In this document: in pieces, positions 42,467 to 56,100 of the stretch | Numbering within the stretch: position 1 is the first letter of the stretch | Layout: every line of letters begins with the position of its first letter | Assembly (NCBI RefSeq): GCF_009914755.1 | Contig: NC_060927.1 | Origin: the human T2T-CHM13v2.0 reference genome, Homo sapiens | Direction: 5' to 3' (one strand) | DNA: 64,000 bases | Notes under the pieces: generated by a model | What the model saw: only the letters and a program-made list of their open reading frames with translations | Databases searched by the model: none | Told to the model about the DNA's origin: nothing | Translations under genes and position numbers: made by a program

Positions 42467-42833
42467 TATAAAGAGAAATTGCACTGGACACCTGTGAAAA
42501 CACAGCAAGACAGGTTATTTGAGCTACTGCTGTGGAAGAGAGAGACTTCAGTATAGAAGATGCACAACACTGAATACCACCGGGATAGTGGGGGATGTGT
42601 AGAGAATTACAGCATGAAAGCATCAGTGGATGGAAAATTACTAAGAGGAACTTGATTAGATGCAAGTGTGAGGGGAAGAAAAAACAATCAAAGGTAGCAG
42701 GGATTCTCCTAAACTCGCCTAGAAGGATAACTGCTGAAACAAAACTCAGCAGGCTAAGGACAATGAACGGCTAGAACGAAAGAGGGGTCGGAGGAGATTG
42801 ACTGAAGTTTGGTTAAGGAGGAAGTCGTTGTCA
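42467..42833 (-). mobile_element. ERV1 solo LTR, MER31/MER67 group
   Basis: Reverse strand begins tgacaacgacttcctccttaaccaaacttcagtca; 4-bp TSD gtgg (42463-42466 / 42834-42837). Confidence 0.8.
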
Positions 42834-43699
42834 GTGGAGAAAAAATCCTTTACACATGTGCAAAAGTAATAGGATAGGAAGGTCAAACTATTTTGTACAT
42901 TACTGTTTGTTCACTGTCATTCAAGGAGTTTGGTCTCATGATTGCATACGATTTTAAAGCTGGCACTTCCCATATAAGTCATTCACGTTTTTAATGTGAA
43001 GATTCCAAGTCTTCTCCAAACTGAACAAACTGCTTTAATAGATTAATTCAACTACATGAATTTAAATTAGATTTTGAAAGGTGCCCTACTGTCCTAGAAA
43101 TTTTAGTTTTCTCTTTGGAATCAATGAGTCATTAATTGGTCCCTTCAAGTCACTAAAACGAACATGTTACCCCTAAAACTCTTCTCCGTTCCAAACTCTC
43201 TCCCACTACCAACACCCATCACTGTTATTTAAATATAATAATGGTCCCAGAAAAGATAAGAAGGGATCAACTTACAAAGTGAATATTTATTTGATCCTCT
43301 CTTTCCTTGTTCTTACTGCTCTAGCATGAGCTTTTCTCCTGCCTCTAAACTATTTGACACCAGTCAGAGCCAACCACATGACTCTGAAACGTGGTAATCA
43401 AGGGACAACCCAAACTTTGATAAGCTGATGCTTGCAGTTTCCTTAAATAATTTTCTTAGTCTGTGTAAGCTACGCTATATTTGACTGAGGCTCAATCAAA
43501 GGCTGAAAGCTTTCAGTCTACCTATACACTTCCTTGGTAAATAGCCAACTGAGGAAATACATAAAGTTATTGTTACTTAGCTTCCATCTAATTAAAAGTC
43601 CTCAGTTTATGCAGAAATCATTGGAGAGCATGAATTAATGGATATGAAAAACAATTATCATACATGTCAGCGTACATTTTATTGTTGAATTATGTGGTT

Positions 43700-43815
43700 T
43701 CCATTCTTTCATCATTGATGTATTGAACATCATTATGTGTTAGGCTTTCTGCTATGTGCTAGGATGGCATTGGAGAACAAGATATATCACAACCCTGAAA
43801 TAGCTCATAGGCTTA
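43700..43815 (-). mobile_element. L2 3' end fragment
   Basis: cattctttcatc...tattgaacatcattatgtgttaggc...tgctatgtgctagg. Confidence 0.6.
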
Positions 43816-43895
43816 TGGAGCCATTATCAATTAAAATGTTTGCTTCTAGATGCTGTTAGGGACGAAGGACAGCACACTACCACAGGTTTCACAAA

Positions 43896-43921
43896 GTGTG
43901 TGTGTGTGTGTGTGTGTGTGT
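43896..43921. repeat. (GT)13 microsatellite
   Basis: Read directly. Confidence 0.97.
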
Positions 43922-44279
43922 TTGAGAGTTGGTATGAGGGCAGTGCAGGCAGATGGAATACAGACTATATGCAAGAGATGTAATGCAAACTGCACGTTAT
44001 TTAGTACTTTGGAAAATGTAAAGATTAAACTGAACTGGGATGAATGGGATTTATCTAATCAGTGTGTTTTCTAATTTGGCATCTGGAATTCTGGCCAATT
44101 ATTGCAGACATGCACATTTTTCTTTTGCTTCACATTTAAATAATTTCTGTCTGTAAAAGTTAATTGAAATTCTACCTTTTTATACTTTTTAATTGAAAAA
44201 TCTTGGACTAATTAATACTCAAATTTCAGCATCCATGAAAATTGCCTCTCAGACTTATAAAAGCACAGATTTTATAATA

Positions 44280-44422
44280 ATAATCTCCACAGATCTGGAG
44301 ACTATTGGGCTCAACTTCCAGAATCTTTGATTGAGTGGGCTCGGACCAAGAACATATATTTCTAACAGTTTCTATTTTATACTGCTGTTTCTGGTTTAGG
44401 TAACCTACTTCAAAAAATCTTG
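44280..44422. mobile_element. MER5-type hAT-Charlie MITE fragment
   Basis: cagaatctttgattgagtgggc...accaagaacatatatttctaacag...tgctgtttctggtttaggtaacc. Confidence 0.5.
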
Positions 44423-44934
44423 TCTTAGAAAAAGCACCTCCCAAATATCCCTGAAGATATGAATTACTTGCAGATTTTGCGTAACACATAGCTTCTGAAG
44501 CTTTAAACCAAACCCAGTAAATCAGTAGATCTTCATAATTTTGTTGATAATTATTAACGGTATGTTTAACTGCTATACTTGTAGGATACTTTTCCAAAAT
44601 CCTACAATTTATTTCCTTTTACTGTTCTTTGACCTTACTTTATTCTCTTGTCTCACATGCCACCACCACGTCCTTCTAACTCACTTTCTGCTTCTCCTCC
44701 GATTTTTCTGAGATACTTCTCATCCTCTCCTAGATGTCAGGAATAAATAAATGTCAGGAATGTAAGAATGAGCAGTTTTAGTCTCGATCATTTTTCCTTA
44801 AATGACCTCATCCATCCCATGGTTTACAATGTTATTAGTTTACTGATGACTACAGTCCTAACTCTTTCCATGAGTCCATACTTCTGGATTAACAATGCAC
44901 AATTTATTATTCAGATATTGATTTCAGAGGTATG

Positions 44935-45790
44935 GATATTTTTCCCATTTTTTCAAAAACACAGGTACTTGTAATAAAAAATAGTAAAATGAATACTATA
45001 TGATCACTATAATGAAAAGATTCAACAATTGTTATTATTTCCCATATTTGTTTTGCCTCTCTGTTTTCCTGAACTATTCAAAATTAGGTTAGACAAATCA
45101 TGATAGCTCACCCCTAAATATCTCAGTGTGCACCCTCTATGACTAAAAGTACTCTCCTATGCATCAACCATGTTATTTTCACACCTAAAATCATTTAAAA
45201 TAATTATACAATATTGTGTAATATCCATTTCATATTCACAATTTAGCAACTATTCCACTATAGTTTTTATAATGTTCATTTCCCTTGAGTCAGTATTTAG
45301 TCAAACTTCATAAGTTACATTTTTTGCATTGTCTCCGTAGTCTGTTTTAATCTAGAACATTTCCATTCCTTGTCTTTTAAATTACACTGACATTTTAAGA
45401 ATCTGAGCCAATTGTCTTGCAGAATACTATATCCTTTGAAGTTCTCTGAAGTTTTTTCTCATACTATTTCTTAAATTAGTCTTGGCAAGGGTATTTTCCA
45501 ACTGATTCAAACTTCATATTAACCAGAAAGTACATAATGTCAGTATGCCCCACAGCTGGTAATTCTGAGTTTAGTCATCTGGTAAAATAGTAACCACCAA
45601 TCTTCCAATATAACAGTACATTTTTTCACTTTCTAATTAGTTAATAATGTATACAGCAACAATTTGACACCATCTAAATATCTTGTTTTTCTGTTGTCTT
45701 TTACTCATTATATTTTAGTATTCATCGATGCTCCCTGTTTGAATCAACTTCAACATTGGAGGTTTAAAAATGCTGATTTTATTATTATAT
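44935..45790 (-). mobile_element. Old L1MC/ME 3' region
   Basis: attcaacaattgtta...tcacccctaaatatctcagtgtgca...tcacacctaaaa...gccaattgtcttgcagaat...aaagtacataatgtcag. Confidence 0.7.
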
Positions 45791-45873
45791 TAGAAATATA
45801 CATTAAATAATAAAAGATACTATGGGTACTCTTCATGTAGATGCAATCACTGCGCATTCATTTGCCCCAAGAA

Positions 45874-45957
45874 TTTTCTAATCTGATCTATTCACACTAC
45901 AACATAATATATGCAGCAGTTTTCTAATCTGATCTACTCATACTACAACATAATATA
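45874..45957. repeat. 46-bp-period tandem duplication
   Basis: The 38-bp cores at 45874-45911 and 45920-45957 differ at 2 positions. Confidence 0.93.
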
Positions 45958-46219
45958 GACAGGATTTCAACACAAATTCCTCAGAAGTCATTTTCCTGAA
46001 ATGTATCTCACTATAAATTCCAATCCAGGGCCAATTCAAAGACTTTGAATGTGCAATATATTTGACAGTGTTTATCATATCCTCTTCTTAAAAATTCACT
46101 TCCTTGCACTATCATAGAACAGGTAGACTTTTGGAGCATTAATTCACTGTGCTATGCATGATTTCACTTTTTTTGTGTCTCCTATGTATGATTTCACTTT
46201 TTTCCACACTCACCCAATA

Positions 46220-46380
46220 ATTAGTGTTACAATCCAAACATTATAGATGAGGAAATGGAGGCTTGAGGGAAATGGTAACTTATCTTAAGCCATGTAGCTA
46301 TTAAATAAATGCAATCAGAATTCAATATGAAATCAGTCTCACCCTGGAGACTCCATTTATTGTTACTGCACTTTACTGCT
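46220..46380 (-). mobile_element. MIR SINE
   Basis: attatagatgaggaaatggaggcttgagggaaatggtaactt...cagaattcaa...cagtct. Confidence 0.75.
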
Positions 46381-47378
46381 CTACTTGCTTTCTCTACTCT
46401 GATATCCCACAAATAACTCCATATGATGATGTGACAACTGAACCATCCCCAAAACTGAATTATTCCCAAAATGTATTTCTCTAGTATTTTTAGCAAAACA
46501 TACGAAAACTCTGAAAATTATACAAAATTTTCCATCTCCCTCTCCTTCCCCAAACAGTAAGTCCTAGCAACCCCCTAACTCTGCCTATTTATCTCGTACT
46601 CTGTCTCTGTCCTCCTATTACCATTTTTGTTTATTTTTCTAACCTCTTGCCCCTGTCCATGTGTACCCATTATTTTTCCTGTTCTATCTTTTTACATTAT
46701 TTGGTCCACTTTTGACTCCACATGAGATTAATATTTCAAAATATGTATCACAGTTTAAAATCTTCCTTAAATCTGTTAATGCTGCTTCAGCAAAAGCTCA
46801 AAAATCTCTGTTTTCTGAGAAATTTGTAAGGTAAAAAGTATTTTAGAATTTGGAGACTGTGGAATAACTATTCCCATTGTATGTTTTTGGAATATCTAAG
46901 CCTTTGTGAGCCTTATTGTGAAAATAACTATCAATATATATGTATAATAAAAAAGAGAAATATGAAAATGAAAAATCCATTAATTAGCATTCTTTTATAA
47001 GAATAAAAGTTTATAGCCTGAGATTGTTTTCAAGGCAACCATATGGAAACTTCTAAAGCAGTTTTATATAAGCATATTCTTCAATCCTATATCTTTATTA
47101 GGTCAGAAGTGTACGTAAATTGGGACCTACATAACTTTCTATTTTATCCACCATTCTTCCTCTGCTCCCTGCTAGTCTCCTCACAAAAAGAAACACTGTA
47201 GGGCATCCAACTACTTTCAATTCATAGAAAGTTTTCTATAGCTACTCTGTTCTTATTTGTAAATCAAGAGGCATCTCAATATTGCCCTTTGAAGCCATTT
47301 CTAAGAAAAGTCTTAATCCCTCAGTTTATGCCATACATATAATGAAGGATCTGCTTTCCAAAATTTAATTCGAGGACT

Positions 47379-47835
47379 CTGAAATAAAGAACTATACTAG
47401 GCTTTGTCTCTGGTTCTTGTAACTTCCAAATCCTGAGTATTTTCAATATGATAGGTGTGCCTTTATTATTCATGGTGGGCCTCTGGAATTATATCACCCC
47501 TGATGGTTTATTTGAAGTAGATGACTCCTGGTGAAGCCCCAGGTAGTTTATTCTAAACAGGTGACTCAGGATGGGGCAGGTCACGCCAAAAAAAAAAAAA
47601 AAAAAAATCCATAATAAAATAGGTTTGGAGCGTTCAGCCATGTGATATTAGTCCAACCTAGAGATTGAGTTTAACCCTGTGAGTGATAATTCAATCAATC
47701 ATCCCTATGTAATGAAATTCCTGTAAGAATTCTGGTCACTGAAGCTTAAGTGAGCATCCTCACTTGATAATACTTTGTGTACTGTCACACACAACCATGT
47801 ACTATAAGGGTGATCCCTCTCAATCTTGTGGAAGA
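47379..47835 (+). mobile_element. MER21C-like LTR, 3'-truncated
   Basis: ggctttgtctctggttc...ttattcatggtgggcc...caggatggggcaggtcacgcca...tcaatcaatcatccctatgtaatgaaa...cactgaagct. Confidence 0.75.
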
Positions 47836-50800
47836 CAATCTTGTGGAAGATTGTACCCTTAACCTTGGGTTTGGCGAACTATTGCAGGAAGAAATTGGAT
47901 CAGATTGAAAAAAAATGCTGATTTCTGGTCCCATAACAGGTATGCTAAAGCAATATTTCTTAAATATGAAGCAGAAATCTGTAAATTAACCATGGTTTTC
48001 ATCTAAGATTTCTAAAACATAGCCCCAGTTAATTATCAAGTACTTATAATATGATATTGAAGGTATTTTATTAAATATCTATAAATGGAACATCAGCAAC
48101 TAAAGAGCAGGGAATACATTTTATACATATCTACATCCAAAATATCCAGTAAAGCCACATTATCTGGGCTTCAGGAATATGTGTTTATGTGATTTAGATT
48201 TTTATTTATCTGTCGTTTCTGCATAATTTGATTATTAGCCAATTTGCATGTATACATTATGCCATAATTACTTTTCTCTCAAATCCCTAGGATATTTATT
48301 AAACAATTAATTATTAACATGTCATACTACTGCACAACTCCTCATCTATTGTAGTAGTGTTTGATTTCAATGATAGATACTGAAAAAACTACATTCCAAA
48401 TTTTGATTTGTCTCAACACAAACATAAATAGTACTTTGGGAACAAAGTTTCTCAGCTACACATAAATACTTTTAGAACTCTGACATTTCATCTTGTGTAA
48501 ACATTTCACAAATCCTTCACCTGATCCTTTAGATCATTCTGTAGCAATTGTTCTTAGTGACAGTTCTTTCAGGAGTCTTCTGTGCTTCCAAAACTTTGAT
48601 TGCACGTCAAGAATTTCAATCTGGTGAAAAGTTTTTTTTCAAGATGATGGCCCTGAGTCCAGGACAATAAAATCCATCAGCAATCACTTCCATGATGACT
48701 GACAAAATTGATTGTCTATCAACACCATCATAGTACTTATCAGAAATAGAATCTACAGTCAGGCTAGCATCTGTCACTGTAGGGATTTCAATTGATTTTT
48801 TTTCTTTTTATTATTTCACCTATTTATATAAACTATTGTCAGTCTCATAATTCTGTATATTTCTAATGCATATTTGAGAAACAACTTACACTTTATTCTC
48901 TCTAATTATAACTCATGTTGGGTAGGTAAAAGCATTTCATGTATGGTGCTGACAAAAATAATTAGGACTGTATTTCTATACATATTTTATGTCTTCTGCA
49001 TGTGCCTATCACAAACATAGCACTTGGCTCATTTTTACTGGGTGCAAAAAAAATCTTTTTCAAAATACAATTTATTTTTGTGTTGTTGTTTTTTGGTCAA
49101 CAATATTGGCATTTAATGTGATTATATGTAATAAATTAAAATTGAAGCTACATTTTTTGGAGTTAGCACTTTTTTTTCAAATTTAATTTCTCAACACTTT
49201 CCAAGGTTACTTAATTTGAGAACTTTATACTTAAGTTTTACCTCCTTCCTCTGAAGTTTTGGATTTATTCTACATCAAAAAATATCCATGGCCTGAATTT
49301 GACATTTCTCTTGCATTTCACTTGGTGGACAAAGACATCTCCTTCTCATTGTAAACTATTTTCAAATAATATTTCTTATTCAATCTTTTTTTTTAGGAAA
49401 GTGGTATTTTATCTTCAAAGCAGTAAGCAGAATACAGTTGTTTGCATTTATTTCCTACATTTTGAAGAAGGCCTTGATGCTAATGATTTTTCACCTGTGA
49501 GTCAGCATATTATTCATATAAGAAGCAAGTCTGGGTATTCTTCACAGGAATTATAAATATGACAATTAATTTTTACATAAAAGGTGCATAAAATTGTGTC
49601 TCAAACATATTCCTTGTGTGGTACTTTGTGGGAGTATTTAAAATTCATGCTGCCATTCAGGTTATACAGTATATGAAAATAAAGTTTGAAAGATGACATC
49701 ACTGAGAGTCAACTTATTAAAGAATGTGACCCTGTAGAGACAAAATAGAAGTCCTATATTGTGGAATATTTTCTTCAGTAACGTTAACTAATAATGTAAT
49801 CCATGGTTAGACTAAAAAATTAAACCACTCAAAAGCCATTTATCAACCCAGTAAGACCCAGAGTTAGTATACAAAGTAACAGCTAGTGTCAAATTGAGAT
49901 GTTCACTTATGTATTGCATGCCTCGTGTCTCTTACTGAAGAACAAGACTCATGTCAATTCGAGGGTTCTTACTGCCCCAGGCAATATGAAAAATGTCTCC
50001 TCCTCCTAGCGAGTAATCATTCACATAATAAACAGCCACAAAACACTTCACTTTTCTAATATTTTGCTGCCCCAGGCAACCAGCTGTTCTACCTATATGG
50101 TACAGCCAGTCATAACTATTGTGCACGTGCAGTTACAGTGGCTTAATGTAATAGTAATAAAGACGTGTAATATATTCTGAGTCACAGCCTTGAAGAATTG
50201 CCAAGTTCAGGCCTAGATTCTCATTGTTTGAATTTTGACTCTATAACTTCATAAGGGAAATGGATTGTAGTATTTACAGTATTTGAAGTATCATACAATC
50301 AGCTTTTAGATTTTTCTCATGGTTTGAGAATTATACATGGCTAACTCACACAAACTGTCCTTTGTTAACAAAAATAATTATTAGCTGATTCTGGATTTAA
50401 GGCAATACTTATTTGTCAATTATGAATAATTTATGAACATTTCCCTGTATTATGAATAATAGTACTTTTGAATTATAAGACAGAGATAAGTAAAGTTGTA
50501 ATCCATGAATTTAGATAAGGACAAAGCTTAGACAATTGAAATCAGATTATAAGTCAGTTAATATAAGATAAAAAACACATTCTTACATTTCTATTACATA
50601 TATATGCTAGCTAATGTCGTGCCATTTATTTTTATATGTATTTTCTTTGTCCTCTCATTAGATTATAAGTGCTTTCAAGTCATATCCATGCTTTATATCA
50701 CTTATGCCTAAGTTAAACAAAGCATGCAGTATCTAATTGATGTGGATAATGACATTGTTGATAATGGTGATTGCTGATGGTGCCTAATTCTATCCTTCAA

Positions 50801-51008
50801 ATGTCTCTGAGTGACATGATCCAAAGGAGTGACAATGCATTGTATTTAAAGTATTGGGATTAGAAAGTGGAAGTCTTAGGGTAAGAGTGGGAAGTTTAAA
50901 TTCTGATCATCAACATGTTTAAAGCAAGAGAAATGCAAAGAAGGCTGAGAAGTAATGCTCAGACTTTGATAAGCAAATTATATACATATTCTAACTTAAT
51001 CATCACTC

Positions 51009-51629
51009 TAGACCTGTCCCTAACATTTGTGGGAGCCAGAGCAAATGCAGTAATAGAGGCTACATCGAATATATGCAAATATTTAAAAGTGATGTATCAA
51101 GCCAACAAACTCCTAAATAAAATATATTCTATCTCCTAACCCCGACAAAATCAAGCAAACAGGTTAAAAATAGACAATCTTTATAACAATCTGGAAGACC
51201 TAGTTAAAAAGTAAAGTTCAGAGAATCCATGAACTTCCGAACCAGAACACGGTGACAGAAAGATAACTAAACCTCATTGCCTTTCTCCCTTTTTCTTTCC
51301 ATGGGAGTGTCCCATATCATAAAGCGGCTCACATGCGTGTGTTGACAACCCTTAGCACACATGCAATCTGTGTCCGTATCTTCTGAAAATATCCTCCTCT
51401 TTGTGACACTAAAGTCTGGGTTATGTACACTGAAAGGATGGTTTACCTTTATCAAAGGGAAGACTGGAAAAGAGGCCTATGCAGTCCTAGTAAGTGGGTT
51501 TGGGGGTTATAGTAACTCAAACGTGGTCTAGAATCAGCCATGTGGCTACAGGGGTAAACATCATGTGTCCCCAGAGTCCACAGCCCCCAGGATCTGTGCC
51601 CCTGTTGTACAGGTATATGGGTAATATTG
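51009..51629 (+). mobile_element. Ancient hAT-type non-autonomous element (MamRep38-like)
   Basis: gtccctaacatttgtgggagccagagcaa...aaatatttaaaagt...tcaagccaacaaac...aaataaaatatattctatc; family name from memory only. Confidence 0.45.
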
Positions 51630-52464
51630 CATCACTACAGACTTGTGAAGTATTCACATCCCTGTTGAATAGATGAGTAGAATGTCTGAAAAAGTAAGAA
51701 TATTGCTTAGAGTCACACAAATAGTAATATGAAAGTCACAATTTAAATCCAAGTATGCTTTTATACGAAGCACTTTTAAGTATACTTAAGTGTTTTAATT
51801 CAAAGCACTTTTAAGAATATATTTAAGGTGAAAATCAACAAGAAAGCCAATGCATGGGAACTTAATAGATTATTAGTTAAAAAATGCCATAAATTGTATT
51901 AACTTAATATTGTTTTCTGCATGTTGATATAACACCCAATAGGAGAATTTCATCTAATAGTAGTAAAAATTCAAATAATGGCCCAAGTAAAAGCAAATAG
52001 CCTTTATAAGAACTATTTTAAATCACAAACTGCCAGTGAAATTAGAAATATTAACAATATATTTATGTTTTACACTACAGCACTACCCACTGGAAAAACA
52101 AAAATCTGTGATCATCAGTAGCATACTGCAGCATTAAAAAGGACAGATCCCTGACATTTATAACTGACGAGTAGTTAAGTTTCAGTAAGTTTTATCTCAA
52201 AGCGGCGAAAGGATAAATAATCAATTTTAGGTAATAATAGTAAGTAATCAATTTTAATCCCAATTTTGATTGAAATAATTAAGTGATAAAAAATTTAAGG
52301 CAGGCTTAATTATATGAAACATTACGGGCGTATGATACTTGCCCAGCGTGTTCTGTGGTTTATTCATCAAAGGTATTTTGGCACACTAAAACTTAAGATT
52401 AAATTTAAAAAATATTATTTGTTATGGGCTAAATTGTGGACCCCAAATAACATATGTTGAAGCT

Positions 52465-53046
52465 TTGGTGAATACTTTTAGGAGTCAGCTTGACTGGATT
52501 ATGGAACACCAGGAGAACCAGTAAAGCATTATTTTGGAGTCCACCAATAAGATTGGTGACTGAGTGGAGAAGATCCAACCTCAGTGTGGACAGGCACTAT
52601 CCAATTGGCTGTGGGCCTAGATAGAACAGAAAAAGAGAAAAAAATATTTCCCCCCTATTTCTTTCCTGTACTTGGACACACTGTTTTCTTTCTGCATTTG
52701 AACATCAGAACTCCAAGCTTTTTAGCCTTAGGACTCTAGGGCTATACCAGCAGCCCCAGGGTCCTCAGACCTTCTGCCTTGGACTGAGACATACACCATC
52801 AGGCTTTCCAGTTCTGTGCCTTTATGACTTGACTGAGCTACACTATCAGCATCTGAGGATCTCCATCTTGCAGACAGTCTGTCATGGGACTTCTTGGCCT
52901 CCATAATCATGTGAGTCAATTCCCCTAATATCAAGCCCCTCTCATCTATGTATCTATCTATGTATCTACCTTTGTATCTATGTATGTATGTATATATGTA
53001 TGTATGTATGTGTATGTATATATGTATGTATATATGTATGTATGTA

Positions 53047-53079
<33 letters not shown>

Positions 53080-53082
53080 ATG

Positions 53083-53122
<40 letters not shown>

Positions 53123-53169
53123 CATCCATCCAGTTGGTTTTGTCTCTCCGGAGAACCCTGACTAACACA
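52465..53169 (+). mobile_element. MLT2B-type ERVL solo LTR
   Basis: gtcagcttgactggatt...gactgagtggagaagatcc...ccataatcatgtgagtcaatt...ggagaaccctgactaacaca; 5-bp TSD aagct (52460-52464 / 53170-53174). Confidence 0.9.
52945..53131. repeat. Compound STR (TATG/TG/TATC/CATC) including a perfect (TATC)10 at 53083-53122
   Basis: Read directly; lies at the usual simple-repeat site of MLT2 LTRs. Confidence 0.95.
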
Positions 53170-56100
53170 AAGCTCTAACCCCATTGATTCTGTTTCTGAT
53201 GATAGCGCCTTTAAGGATGTAATAAAGGTAAAATGAAGTTCTAAGGGTGTGGCCATAATCTGATAGAATTGATGTCCCTATAAGTAGAGAAAGAGACATC
53301 AGAGCTTCCTCTCTGTCTGCGGCATGCAAAGAGAAAAGACTCTGCAAGGACACAGCAAGAAGGCACTGTCTGCAAGCTAAACAGGAGGCCTCACCAGATA
53401 CCAACCCTGATAACATATTGATCTTGGATTTTCATTCTCCAGAACTGTGAGAAAATAAATTTCTGATGTTTAAGCCACTTGAATTTGAAAATATTTAACA
53501 AATTTATACAGAAAAATCTGTATTTTATTATATTTGATCATATAGTTTCATCAGAAAACAGCTACAAGTTTATAAATTAATATTTGTGAATTATTGTGAA
53601 TTTTTAATGTTCCTGAAATTAACACATTGTATCTCAAAAGAATGAAAGAAAACTCAACTAAGGGAAATCATTGCTGCTTGTGATTTATTTTCTGAGTGTG
53701 GGAACTTTCATGATGTCAAGCATACTTTGAGACAGTAATTTTTAGAAAGGTGTTCTGAAGTTAGAAAAAAATTTCTAAACATGTGTGCCTCATAGAATCA
53801 TGGCAATTCAGAGGCATTAGCCATCTGCTAGATTCGTATGTGTTTTATTTTTCTGAGGCATCGTTTCTGTATGTGCTTGAATCTCACTCCAGAAAATTAG
53901 GTGTGAATGAAAGATCTTGTCTTTACTTCCTTCACATGAACCTATGGCAATTTTGGCTTTGAACTCCTTTTATACAGCTTTTAGGGAAATTAGGCCTCAA
54001 ACTGTACACCCATGGCTCCTCCCAAGTTTCTTGGTCTATGACCTTGTTAGATTGACAGGATCCTCTGATCACTGCCCGAGTTCCTTCAATAATACTGTCT
54101 CTGTACTTTGTGCCAGGCTTGGGTCACAGGAATATCTGTAGCTGGTTCACGTTGCTGACGCATAGCAGAGTAATTCTGAGTCCTAGCCCATCGTCATGGT
54201 ATTGCTTGAGAATAGGGCTCAGGGTCCCCAACTATAGGATACAAGGATTATTTGTTCTATTCCAGGAAAATCTCTCTCATGCAATCTTAATCTTAACCCA
54301 CCACTAACATCCAGATTAGACTCTTTCCCCCTTAGAATTTATTGTTATTGGTGTGTTTAATATTCTGGAAAAAAACCTCACAAATTAGGTAGCTTTACTC
54401 CGTCAAGGTCATATGACACAAGAAGTAAAGAAACTTTAATTTCTTGAGTATATAGAACCTGAGTAGAAAACAAAACAAAACAAAATCATAAGTTGAAAAT
54501 TAATGTAGCTCATTAATAAACATTTTTAACTTAAAATATAAATATACGGTGTTCAAAAATCATTGTTTTTGTTGTTAATATTATTTTCCCTTGCATTTTT
54601 ATTCAAAGTCAAGAAAAGTTTCTTATCTTTACAATTTTAGGCATAATTGTGACTTCCTACTGTTACTGGTTGTGTGTGTAGAAGGGAGAATATGAAGAAT
54701 ATTTTCCTTCGTACTTCTAATTTTTCAGTTTGGGAATTTGCTTATCTATCTTAGGTAGAAAAATATATTTAAAAATGGCTACATTCACACATTGAACCAC
54801 TGCATTTTTAATTTTAGCCCCAGAGAATAATATTGGTCATAATTAAACTGTTTAAGATGACTTCTAGAGAATACTCAGTGCTTCCATACAAAATATTTAG
54901 GCTTCATTCTTCCAGATAAAATGTCTCATCATGTACTCAGTCTGGCTGAATCCAATACTTCATGTTGTGTGGTGTCTAATCTGGGGGAGAGAGTGATATT
55001 CTACAGGCCGGTAGCCAGCATTTCTGATTTTAAAGTAACAAACTATTCAAATTTCATAGTAAACTCTCTAGAGTGTTTAGAAAATTGACTTTTAATATGT
55101 ATTTTGGGACAATTCAAATTTTGACTTTTCTAGAAATATGTTATTTTTTGAGGGTATAATGAGAGATATAAGATAAATATTTTTAAAATCTGAATCAAAA
55201 CCCAACTTATTAACATTTCTAAGTTTTCAATATACATGAGCATGAATTAACAAATTTCAGTGACATTCATCTTTCTATGTAAGAAAAATGCTGAAGTAGG
55301 TATGATGATTTGTGAGTATTAAGATATGTGGTTACAGTAAAGTCGCACTCGCTTTTTCTACTGTGTGATTCACACTTCTTTAAAGACACTTTAGGATCAA
55401 GAACTTAAACTTACAAAGTTGGGCAATTTGAATCATTGTGTTAAAGAAAAAGTAGAGGGGATCGAGGGGTTATATTTTTATAAAGTTTGAAAATAACACA
55501 AAGAAACATTGTAGATGTTATTATTTACTTAAGCATTCAATTTTTAAATCAAATAGTATGGGAAATGGACCATGGATGCATAGCTCTGAATTTTGAACTA
55601 TCATTTTGAAGTTTGTTTTATTACTTATTCTACATCTCCAAAATATTACTACAATTCATCAGCTTACTCCTTATCATGACTATCCAACCTGACTTTATAA
55701 CTGATTTCTGGTTTTTCTGTTTGTTCTTTTCTCTCATTTTTCAGAAATGAAATATCAAAACATCTAAATACATGAGTTGTTCTCACCAACCAATTTGCAA
55801 AATATAATAGTCCAAACTAACAGGGTAAAACATTTCACTGTTAAAAAGTTTTTAAAGACTTGTACACTTCCTCATGTTTCTTCAAATTTATTTTTGCCGA
55901 CTTTTAGTCATGATTATATAAGGACTTTGTTATGTAAATTTATTTATATTTATATATATAGATTAAAGAATAATGAAGAAGTTTAAGCAATTTATATATT
56001 TAAGTTTTGGCATATCATCAGCAAATAATGTGATTATCCATTTTTAAACTATCATAGAACAAACATACAGAAATATCTTTAAAATAGATGAATAGCCTAA

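Larger units (their letters stand above)
52420..53479 (+). mobile_element. MLT1A-type LTR split by an MLT2B insertion (pieces 52420-52464 and 53170-53479)
   Basis: tgttatgggctaaattgtg...atatgttgaagct | ctaacccc...aggacacagcaagaaggc...ccagaactgtgagaaaataaatttctg. Confidence 0.88.

Noticed and set aside
48480-48790. Possible decayed integrase or transposase (minus-strand MDFIV-like motif)
   Set aside because: The motif is too short and I could not extend it into a convincing alignment.
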